Source: Bdellovibrionia bacterium (lineage in GTDB: Bacteria > Bdellovibrionota > UBA1018). From it: a stretch of 13,533 bases of DNA. The stretch covers positions 1 to 13,533 of the forward strand of contig JBJMMA010000052.1 in NCBI GenBank assembly GCA_045805065.1, in the 5' to 3' direction. The position numbers and the translations under genes were made by a program. Under the pieces are notes generated by a model. That model searched no databases. It worked only from the letters and a program-made list of their open reading frames with translations, and was not told the DNA's origin. Of this stretch, positions 1 to 7,270 are shown piece by piece. Position 1 is the first letter of the stretch; the number at the start of each line of letters is the position of its first letter.

Positions 1-1083
1 GAGATGCTCAGAAACTCCCTTGTTACCGAATCCGGAAAGCTTGTACAGCAGCTCAGGGATTTCGGATATGAGACCACCTGGATCAATCGCGACTCGAGAC
101 GGAAAACTCAAGGCGTTGGGTTTCGACTGTACTCCGCCATCCAGTCTCTCACGCTTAATAAGGATGATCGGTTGATCATCGTTCTCAACGGCCATGGAGC
201 CATGAGAAAGCCGGGAAAATCAGCGCATCTCGTGGCCTTTGGCGATGACTCGAAAATTGATGTGAGTGCAATCGATAAAAAGCTCGAGTCTTTTACGCTG
301 GTCGGGGCAAAGGTCGCAGTCATTGATGAGTCCTGTTACTCGGGAAACTCGCTGGATCTGTCTTCGACGGGAGTCTGCGTGATTTCGGCGCAAAACCGTT
401 TCAATTACTCCCGCAGCGCCAGCCTCGTCGTAAGCTCGCTTCCTTTGTTTTCGGAGCACGACTTTCCGCACGAGTTTAGAAACGCTCTGGCCGAATCAAA
501 AGACGCTAATCTCGAGGACGTCTTCCTTAAGGCGCGGAGAAATCTTCAAAGCATCTTTCCTCATATGAGTGATTTGCCCACGAATGTCGGAAATCTGGTG
601 AGTGAGATGCACTATGGCAATGACCTGCCCGAGATCTCTTCCTGGGAACATCTCGCGTTTCGGGACTATTGGGACCAGATCTTCTTCTCTGATGATCCTG
701 ATTTCTGGAAATCAGATCTGAGTCCGCTGCAGACAATCCCAACCACCCGTTTGGGAAAGGCGCTGACAGACTTCTTCCAGGAGCAGGCGAAAAAGGCCCT
801 TTCGTTCACGATTCTCTCGTACGATCGTTTTGCCGAGCTTCAGGAGAAGCGTGTTTCCTGGCTGAATGAGATAGGTCGCCTTGAGGCAGCGGGAAGTACT
901 CAAAATCCTCAAGTGTCCAAGCGAAAACAAGATTTGATCAGGCTGCTCCGCTCGACCTCGGACGAGTACTACAAGCTTCTTGGTGGCGTGTATAAAGTGG
1001 AGCGCCACCTTTATGACCAGTTTTACCGGGCTTTCCGAAAAAGCCGGCTTCCTTCGAACGCTTGCCGGGACTTTAAGCTTTAA
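1..1083 (+). CDS. Caspase-hemoglobinase fold cysteine protease (C13/C14-like), probably 5'-truncated by the window edge
   Basis: Hydrophobic strand + NGHG (His codon 193-195) and strand + DESCYSG (Cys codon 334-336) match the clan CD His-Cys dyad. Codon 1-3 (GAG) is in frame and open, so ATG at 4 may be internal. Confidence 0.7.
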   Translation, partial: EMLRNSLVTESGKLVQQLRDFGYETTWINRDSRRKTQGVGFRLYSAIQSLTLNKDDRLIIVLNGHGAMRKPGKSAHLVAFGDDSKIDVSAIDKKLESFTLVGAKVAVIDESCYSGNSLDLSSTGVCVISAQNRFNYSRSASLVVSSLPLFSEHDFPHEFRNALAESKDANLEDVFLKARRNLQSIFPHMSDLPTNVGNLVSEMHYGNDLPEISSWEHLAFRDYWDQIFFSDDPDFWKSDLSPLQTIPTTRLGKALTDFFQEQAKKALSFTILSYDRFAELQEKRVSWLNEIGRLEAAGSTQNPQVSKRKQDLIRLLRSTSDEYYKLLGGVYKVERHLYDQFYRAFRKSRLPSNACRDFKL

Positions 1084-1089
1084 AAGTGA

Positions 1090-1131
1090 AACGAGCCGGA
1101 GACCCGTTATGGTTCGGGAGACCGGCTCGTT
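1090..1131. terminator. Stem-loop between convergent genes, probable bidirectional terminator
   Basis: AACGAGCCGG (1090-1099) pairs perfectly with CCGGCTCGTT (1122-1131), with an inner CCCG/CGGG stem. It sits between the stops at 1083 (+) and 1159 (-). U-tracts are short. Confidence 0.65.
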
Positions 1132-1158
1132 CTCAAGTTTCAGGCAATGCTGTCAAAA

Positions 1159-1464
1159 TTACGCAGCTTCAGCGTAATCGTTCGCGTGCCAGAGATCGTA
1201 AAGGGTTTTTCCGCTCTCGGTGCGGAACCACTTGGATGCATGATCTGGAGGATCCATTCCCAGGCATTTTTGAGCAAATGCGTGAACGGTCATCGTCTCA
1301 GCGCCTGCGCCTGTACCTACGATCACTTTAAACTCGCCATTAGGCTGCTTAGTAATTTTGCAGGTCTTCTTTGGATCGCTGACAAAGAACAACACTTGGC
1401 CATCCTTTAAAGAGCCGTCATGAACCAAATGGGTGAGATCGAATTTATTCTTCTTCTTTGACAC
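1159..1464 (-). CDS. Small stand-alone RAMA/DUF4357-like putative DNA-binding protein (101 aa) with SsrA-tag-like C-terminus
   Basis: Start reassigned to GTG at 1464 because AAGGAGG (1479-1473) lies 8 nt upstream. LTHLVHDGSLKDGQVLFF at the N-terminus and W..ESGKTLYDLW near the C-terminus resemble the RAMA pattern (LxxLxxxGxLxxGxxLxF ... W...GxTLxxL). The CDS is well supported; the domain call is by eye. Confidence 0.65.
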   Translation of the reverse strand: MSKKKNKFDLTHLVHDGSLKDGQVLFFVSDPKKTCKITKQPNGEFKVIVGTGAGAETMTVHAFAQKCLGMDPPDHASKWFRTESGKTLYDLWHANDYAEAA

Positions 1465-1521
1465 TAGTGTGTCCTCCTTTAGCATATAGGACGGGCTAAG
1501 GCCTGTCCGGGTCACATCCAC

Positions 1522-1548
1522 GTATCGGCATTTTCTGCAGGGTTTTTA
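1522..1548 (-). promoter_or_regulatory. Sigma28 (FliA)-type promoter for the RAMA-like gene
   Basis: Minus strand reads TAAA (1548-1545), a 15-nt spacer, then GCCGATAC (1529-1522). This matches the TAAA-N15-GCCGATAA consensus at 11/12 positions with exact spacing. Confidence 0.75.
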
Positions 1549-1578
1549 ATCTCTTAATAATCTGCTTAAATTATACCT

Positions 1579-2667
1579 ATGGAATTGAAAGACCGCGAAA
1601 ACGCGCAGTTAGAAGTCGACTTAATCAGCGGTCCTCAATCGCGACGCGCACTTGCCGCGCTTCTTAATCATTCATTTCAGGTGCCAGAGGATCATGCTTT
1701 CCTTGGGGATTTTCCGATTTGGGATGAAAGCATCGTGCCTTCCAGCGAAGAAACCGTGCGCATCGGCGCTTTTTCTTCTGGCCGCCAGGAGCTGGCCGCG
1801 TGTGCCGGCGTACGCATGGCGCGTTTAAAGACGCCAAGTGGCGGACTTCCCGTGGCACTCATCGGAGCAGTCGCGACGCACGAAACTTATCGAGGCGCAG
1901 GTTTGGCGTCAGGCCTTGTGTCATTGGCGACAGAGTGGGCTGGGGCCCGAGGCGCAAGCGCGGTTTTTCTGTGGGGTTCAGAGTACTCACTTTATAATCG
2001 CCTGGGCTTTGAGCTTTGCGGCGCGCAAGTCATGGTTCCGCTCGACTCACTCGAGCTTTCCGAAACGGAAGCCAATTCTGTTCAAACGGGATGGGATCGC
2101 TCCATCTTTCAGAGAATGAAAAGCCGGGAGGGCGGGCTCGCCTTAGCGGACACGGATGAGCGCTGGATGGCAGCTCATCGCTCGGTTGAATGGTTCTGGG
2201 TCGGCGACGGCCAAAACTGTGACGCTTATGTGGCAGTGGGCCGGGGTATAGATCTTCAGGGCATTGTTCATGAGTGGGGAGGAGAGCCTGCCGCTCTCCG
2301 CTCATTGTTGGGTTGGCTTAGAAAACAAAGGTCAGGTCTGACGCTTTTAGGCGCTCCATGGATTCTGGAGCGTTTTGGATTCAGGGCTCAACAGGCTCAA
2401 CCAGAGTTTCTTTGCCTGGCTCGAGTGCTTCAACCCGAGCTATTGGTGAAGGCATTCTACCCAAACTCTGATTTCTCCGCTCATGCGCAGGGCAGCGGAT
2501 TTCTGGTGACTAGCGAGCAGGGGAGCCTGCAGCTTGATTCTGCTCAGATCGCCCGCCTGGTTCTAGGACCTCATCTCGAATCAGCCTCACAAGAGACCCG
2601 TCAGGGGGGCAAGCGGCAGCTGACTGTACCGATCCCTCTTTGGATTTGGGGATTGGATGCCGTTTGA
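1579..2667 (+). CDS. GNAT family N-acetyltransferase (Eis-like N-terminal GNAT plus C-terminal extension)
   Basis: Acetyl-CoA motif A IGAVATHETYRGAGLAS and motif B LYNRLGF; 362 aa; C-terminal PLWIWGLDAV. Confidence 0.85.
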   Translation: MELKDRENAQLEVDLISGPQSRRALAALLNHSFQVPEDHAFLGDFPIWDESIVPSSEETVRIGAFSSGRQELAACAGVRMARLKTPSGGLPVALIGAVATHETYRGAGLASGLVSLATEWAGARGASAVFLWGSEYSLYNRLGFELCGAQVMVPLDSLELSETEANSVQTGWDRSIFQRMKSREGGLALADTDERWMAAHRSVEWFWVGDGQNCDAYVAVGRGIDLQGIVHEWGGEPAALRSLLGWLRKQRSGLTLLGAPWILERFGFRAQQAQPEFLCLARVLQPELLVKAFYPNSDFSAHAQGSGFLVTSEQGSLQLDSAQIARLVLGPHLESASQETRQGGKRQLTVPIPLWIWGLDAV

Positions 2668-2689
2668 TTGAAGAATTTCATGTTTTTTT

Positions 2690-2718
2690 CTTAGTCTCTG
2701 TTCATAAAATTCCGATAA
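2690..2718 (+). promoter_or_regulatory. Possible sigma28-type promoter upstream of the PilZ gene
   Basis: TCCGATAA at 2711-2718 is 7/8 to the -10 consensus. The -35 is poor (CTTAG at 2690-2694, 16-nt spacer). Confidence 0.35.
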
Positions 2719-2752
2719 AAGTGTACAAACACGCAGCAAATTCGGAATTGAT

Positions 2753-3595
2753 GTGAAACAGCATACCTCACGATATTTAAAAGCAGTCGCTCTCTTCTAC
2801 ATGGCCTTTCCAATGGCCTACATCCTCTCGTGTGCTATGCTCTTTGATATTCCAGCGCGCGCGTGTGTACGAGTTCTGCTCTCGCCCTGGTATTATATTC
2901 TTTCGGCTCTTGCGATCACCGTTGGCTACAGCCTTTGGGAGATGAAACGTTGGGGCTGGTACGTCTTCGTGGGCGTCAATCTTCTGATCGCTTATCAGAA
3001 CGCCGTGATGGTGAACGAGTACGGTGAGACTCATCACAAGGCATTGAGCTTCATTTTCTCGATCGCCATCCTGGGCTTGATCGTTTACCGCGTCGCACGT
3101 GAAGTGCGGGTGCCTTACTTCTTTCCAAACATTCGCTGGTGGGAAAGCGATCCGCGCTACCGATTGTCTGTTCCTGCCAAGATGGAGCGCGCCGACGGTC
3201 CGTTTTTAGCGGGAGATATTCTCGATCTTTCCATGGGCGGATGCTTTATGAAGCTTCGCTCCGATCTGAAGCAGGACGAGAAAGTCATGGTGAACTTCAC
3301 CATCTTTCAAGTCACAGTCCGATGCGAGGGCACGGTGGTGTGGCGAACTCAAAGCACGGTGACCCATCCTAAAGGAATTGGAATCAAATTCATGGAGCTG
3401 GACCGTGAACAGCGCCGCGCGCTCAAGATCATCACCCGCAGGCTCAAGCGCATCTCGGATTTCTACAAGCGCTCCCGTTATCTTTTGAATCAGGAAGAGT
3501 TTGTTAAACGCCTGCAAGAGCTTGAGAATACGCCTGTCAAAATGAAGGCTGGCAGAAAAGCCAAGCAAGCCCGCGTTAAAGAAGTTGTCGGATAA
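2753..3595 (+). CDS. Membrane protein (about 4 TM helices) with C-terminal PilZ domain
   Basis: Four hydrophobic segments in the first ~115 aa, then PRYRLSVPA...GDILDLSMGG...GTVVW...GIGIKF, typical of the PilZ barrel. GTG start. Confidence 0.85.
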   Translation: MKQHTSRYLKAVALFYMAFPMAYILSCAMLFDIPARACVRVLLSPWYYILSALAITVGYSLWEMKRWGWYVFVGVNLLIAYQNAVMVNEYGETHHKALSFIFSIAILGLIVYRVAREVRVPYFFPNIRWWESDPRYRLSVPAKMERADGPFLAGDILDLSMGGCFMKLRSDLKQDEKVMVNFTIFQVTVRCEGTVVWRTQSTVTHPKGIGIKFMELDREQRRALKIITRRLKRISDFYKRSRYLLNQEEFVKRLQELENTPVKMKAGRKAKQARVKEVVG

Positions 3596-3601
3596 GCCCT
3601 C

Positions 3602-4081
3602 ATGTGCGCCGCAAGTGACTCGTCCGATGCATCTCATTTGAAATGGCTTGAGAAGGCCCTGGAGCTTGCGCGCAAAGCTGCAAGTGAAGATGAGGTTCCT
3701 GTGGGCGCCGTGATCATTGATGCCCAAGGCAACGTGGTGGGTGAAGGATACAACCTTCGCGAGCAAGATCAAAATCCGGTGGCACACGCGGAAGTCCTCG
3801 CGATACAGAGCGCGGCGAAGAAGCTCGATAGCTGGAGGCTCTCCGGTTGTACACTCTATGTGACCTTGGAGCCATGCCCCATGTGCCTGGCTGCCTGTCA
3901 GCAATCACGACTCACTGCAGTGATTTACGGCGCGCGCGATCCCAAGGGCGGTGCGCTCAGCTTGGGTTACGAACTGCATCAAGACAAGCGGTTCAATCAT
4001 CGCTTTCCTGTTACGCAGGTTAAAAGTCATGAATGCGGCGCAATCCTCTCTGAGTTTTTCTCGCGCAAACGCAAAGGTTGA
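3602..4081 (+). CDS. tadA: tRNA-specific adenosine deaminase
   Basis: EVPVGAVI, AHAE, TLYVTLEPCPMC, YGARDPKGGA, NHRF and FFxxKR C-terminus, the full TadA motif set; 159 aa. Confidence 0.9.
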   Translation: MCAASDSSDASHLKWLEKALELARKAASEDEVPVGAVIIDAQGNVVGEGYNLREQDQNPVAHAEVLAIQSAAKKLDSWRLSGCTLYVTLEPCPMCLAACQQSRLTAVIYGARDPKGGALSLGYELHQDKRFNHRFPVTQVKSHECGAILSEFFSRKRKG

Positions 4082-4095
4082 GATAACTTCTCGAC

Positions 4096-4551
4096 ATGAG
4101 CTTAAAACTTCAATTTGCCGCATTGTCGATGGGTGCTTCCGTAGATCAACAGACGGGCAGTCTTTCCGTCTTTGACATCGTTGAAGAGATTCGTGTTCCA
4201 CAACTTCCAATCCAGCTGCAATCCATGGTGATCTCGATCGCGCTTGAGAAAACCATTCCTGGCGATTTTGCCGGTAAGCTGATGATTCACCTTCTGCTTC
4301 CGGATGGAAAGCAGCAGATGATTGGAAACGGCGATCTTCGCGTTCCAGCTGAACAAAGAAGAATGAAAGCCGTCTTCCGTTATGGCGGATTTCCTGTTCA
4401 AGCCTGGGGCAAGCATCGCTTTGTGATCTCCTGGCTGGATCAAGCCAATAAGAAGATCGGTGAAGCGATTCTTGATTTCGATGCGATTCAAGTTCAGCAA
4501 GTCGCTCAAGGCGTGGCTCCGGACGAAAATAATCCTCCGGTCTCGCACTAA
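4096..4551 (+). CDS. Hypothetical beta-rich protein, DUF6941-like
   Basis: Starts 14 nt after the tadA stop. GSLSVFDIVEEI...P and FP...GKHRFVI patterns resemble DUF6941. Its stop overlaps the convergent EEP stop (4548-4551). Confidence 0.6.
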   Translation: MSLKLQFAALSMGASVDQQTGSLSVFDIVEEIRVPQLPIQLQSMVISIALEKTIPGDFAGKLMIHLLLPDGKQQMIGNGDLRVPAEQRRMKAVFRYGGFPVQAWGKHRFVISWLDQANKKIGEAILDFDAIQVQQVAQGVAPDENNPPVSH

Positions 4552-5363
4552 GCGGCAGCTTGTTTGGCCTCTTTTTTGGTCTCAGGCCACTTGATATCTG
4601 CAAGCACACCAAAGTGATCTGATGCAAAGCCGATTTTTTCATCGTTCAAGATGAGCTCGGCTTTGCTGATTTCTGCGCCTGTCGGGCAAAAAATATAATC
4701 GAGTCTTCGGTCTGCAATTGGAAAGCGCCCAGTCAGAGGATTGCGCGTGGCCCAGGTATAGCCCTTGTCATCAGGATTGTGATGACGAAAGCTGTCTCTG
4801 AGGCATTCATTAATCAATGTAACGACCGGTTCTGTTTCGACGGCGTTTAGGTCTCCTGTCAACACAAGCTTGGTATAAGGCTCAACGGGTTGGCTTTGAA
4901 ATAGATCATCCAAGATCAAGCCCATCTGCATCATTCGCATCTGAGTACTGTCAGGCTCCCAGGAAAGATGAGTCGTCACGACCTTAAGTTCGCCTCCAGG
5001 AGTTTGAAAGGTGGCAAACAATGCGACTCGAGCATCGGGAGGATTTTCGTGAGCAGCGGGAAGTCTTCGGTTTCTAACCCGGATCATTGGCCAGCGAGAA
5101 AGAATGGCAACACCCCCTTGCTCACTACTCATGATCTCAATGGAATTCCCGTAAGGGGCAAATGCCGTAACCGGTAATCCGATTGCCTCGCCAATGTCTC
5201 GGGCTTGATCGTATACGACGTATCCACGCGTGAGGGTCGTTTCCTGAACGCAGACAATATCAGGTTTATAAGCCGCCAGACTTCGGACCATCAGGTCCCG
5301 TCGTTTGCCAAACCAATCGTCTTTAGTGCCCGCCAGGTTGATTGTGATGATTCTTGTTTTCAT
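4548..5363 (-). CDS. Endonuclease/exonuclease/phosphatase (EEP) family protein
   Basis: Catalytic motifs TINL, DIVCVQE, TTHL, GDLN, RLDYIF and SDHFGV are all present. The start at ATG 5363 (MKTRIITIN) is preferred over GTG 5393 because it matches the family N-terminus. Confidence 0.9.
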   Translation of the reverse strand: MKTRIITINLAGTKDDWFGKRRDLMVRSLAAYKPDIVCVQETTLTRGYVVYDQARDIGEAIGLPVTAFAPYGNSIEIMSSEQGGVAILSRWPMIRVRNRRLPAAHENPPDARVALFATFQTPGGELKVVTTHLSWEPDSTQMRMMQMGLILDDLFQSQPVEPYTKLVLTGDLNAVETEPVVTLINECLRDSFRHHNPDDKGYTWATRNPLTGRFPIADRRLDYIFCPTGAEISKAELILNDEKIGFASDHFGVLADIKWPETKKEAKQAAA

Positions 5364-5518
5364 AAGAAGAAAGAGGGTGAAGCGTGGTTTCACTTTTTGT
5401 TTTCACTTTTCATGATGCAAGCGCTTCGCCCCATGGCACGAGCGGCTTAATGGAACGGCCTACTTGATTTTTAGGGGTATGGTCTTTGCTGCTCTTTAGG
5501 ACTTGGAGGAATAAACGA

Positions 5519-5833
5519 ATGGCTGAAGGACGTGGTTTTTCAAATAATTCTGCAAACAAGCCGGGACAACAGGATCCAAAGAGCACTGATGCTCCATTGC
5601 GAGCTGGCATTGAAGAAATCAGTGGCGTGAGAAAAGAGGATCTTGAGAACTCTATCGCCGAGTCGCGCCGATCATTGCGAACGGCTATTGACTGGGTGCA
5701 ATCCAACTATGGTGTGCTCATTGCTGGCGGCTTAGGTGTTGCCACTGTCGGATTTGTCATGCTTTGGCTGAATCGACGTGATGGGCTTAGACACTTCTAC
5801 GAAGAAGAATCTACCAACCCAACGCTTCATTAG
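5519..5833 (+). CDS. Small hypothetical protein with one TM segment near the C-terminus (weakly ElaB/YqjD/DUF883-like)
   Basis: GGAGG at 5505-5509 lies 9 nt before ATG 5519. Polar N-terminus, then DWVQSNYGVLIAGGLGVATVGFVMLWLNRR. Confidence 0.6.
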   Translation: MAEGRGFSNNSANKPGQQDPKSTDAPLRAGIEEISGVRKEDLENSIAESRRSLRTAIDWVQSNYGVLIAGGLGVATVGFVMLWLNRRDGLRHFYEEESTNPTLH

Positions 5834-5858
5834 AATTTTCAGAATTTTCAGAATTTTC
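5832..5858. repeat. Tandem repeat (AGAATTTTC) x3
   Basis: Exact 9-bp units at 5832-5840, 5841-5849 and 5850-5858, between convergent genes. Confidence 0.95.
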
Positions 5859-5879
5859 TACTGAACGATCTTAAGCGGA

Positions 5880-7265
5880 TCAGCCTACAATCGAAACATC
5901 GCCTAAAAGTGCGTACTCAGGCCCATAGTAGCCTTCGCCACTGGCGCTGTTCGATGAGAAATGCGCGCGCTTGATTCGTTCTTTGGAGAGTCGCGCATTT
6001 TTGAAATTCTCTGAAAACGAGCCAGAGAGCGATCCGCCCTTGATGTAGGTGACTTTACCGCTTTCATTATCATACAAGCGGGCAAGCCGGATTTCGCTGC
6101 TGTAAGTTCCGCTATTCGGGTCAGCAAAAAGCCCTGAGAACTGAAGAATCTCAAGCACGCGAGGAGCCTGCTTTGTCAGCTCTTGATGCGAGAGCGAGCC
6201 CGCGTCCACAACCAGATTGCCTCTGACGGTTGTCACAGGCGTTTTAAGATAATCTGAGAAGCGTTTGTCGGTTGAGGTTGCGATGACCCGGTTTTTATCC
6301 ACCAGGCGGAATGGAGATTGCGGCAGTCCCTGCTCAGAAACCGCAGTTGTATCCGCGCCATAATCCAGCGAAGGATCAAGCGTCAGCGTAATCAGGTCTC
6401 CGCGGGCGCTTTGAACAAGCTCATCTCCTGGCTTAACAAACGGAAGGCCATGGTAAGAGTTTGAGCTCGAGAGCTGGGAGAGCTGCGCATGAAACAAGGT
6501 TGCCAGCACTTCAGCATCCACGATGACCGGATATTTTCCGGTCGCAGGCTTCACGACGTCCAAAGAGTGACGGGCGCGATCCGAGGTCTCATCAAAATGC
6601 TTTTCAATGGGCATGTCATCCAGAGACACAGCCCAGCGTGTATTGAGATATTCATCTGATTGAAGCTTTCCATCCGATCCGCGGCGTTGATAAGAGTAGG
6701 CAGCCTCGGTGTAGATACGGCTTTGCGATGAACGATGGATCAAGCCATTGCTCAGATGTATTTCCGCATCATGAAGTGAGAGGAAGAGCTCGGCTGAATT
6801 GAAGGTCGTGTCGCGCTTTTTGGCGACAGCGGTTGAAATATCGTTCGTAAGTTTTCCGACCACACCTTCCAGGTCCTCTGCCATGCGCGGGTCTGCTGTG
6901 GCAAGTTGTGGAAGCTTTGTTGGGATCTCAGTAGGCAGTTCCCAAGCCTGGTGATCCGTATGTCTTGCAGCCTCAATGGCGGAGTCGAGCTGATCTTTCA
7001 GTGAAATCGAAGGAAAAAGCTTCTTTGCGATCTCTCCCTGGCGGCCAGGTTTTCCGATAGGAACAAAAAGTTTGAGCTGGATGTTCTGAGAGTGAACATT
7101 GCGGTCTTGATCGGTGATCAAGGCGCTGCCATCGAGCATGAAATAGCGCTCGCGGCGATGAACATGCTCCTGAGTGACTGTCCATGCCTTCAGGTCGCCT
7201 GATTTACAGCGAGCGTTGAGTTCTGCTTTTAGCTGATCGAGATTCCAGTTTTTTGATGCTGCCAT
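5880..7265 (-). CDS. PmbA/TldE-like subunit of the TldD/PmbA metalloprotease family
   Basis: PATGKYPVIV, TLTLDP...EQG.P, RGNLVVDAG and DPNSGTYS motifs; no HExxxH. ATG 7265 follows the tldD stop (7271) by 5 nt, so the 7316 start is rejected. Confidence 0.8.
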   Translation of the reverse strand: MAASKNWNLDQLKAELNARCKSGDLKAWTVTQEHVHRRERYFMLDGSALITDQDRNVHSQNIQLKLFVPIGKPGRQGEIAKKLFPSISLKDQLDSAIEAARHTDHQAWELPTEIPTKLPQLATADPRMAEDLEGVVGKLTNDISTAVAKKRDTTFNSAELFLSLHDAEIHLSNGLIHRSSQSRIYTEAAYSYQRRGSDGKLQSDEYLNTRWAVSLDDMPIEKHFDETSDRARHSLDVVKPATGKYPVIVDAEVLATLFHAQLSQLSSSNSYHGLPFVKPGDELVQSARGDLITLTLDPSLDYGADTTAVSEQGLPQSPFRLVDKNRVIATSTDKRFSDYLKTPVTTVRGNLVVDAGSLSHQELTKQAPRVLEILQFSGLFADPNSGTYSSEIRLARLYDNESGKVTYIKGGSLSGSFSENFKNARLSKERIKRAHFSSNSASGEGYYGPEYALLGDVSIVG

Positions 7266-7270
7266 GGTTA

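Noticed and set aside
1465..1521. ORF-track N-terminal extension of the RAMA-like gene (start at 1521)
   Set aside because: That start abuts the sigma28 -10 element and so lies upstream of the expected TSS. The strong RBS points to GTG 1464.
3602..4081. Deaminase as an anti-phage or toxin deaminase
   Set aside because: It has a complete housekeeping TadA motif set and normal length.
3206..4642. Two long minus-strand ORFs (232 aa and 245 aa)
   Set aside because: They are antisense shadows of the PilZ, tadA and DUF6941-like genes, with no recognisable motifs.
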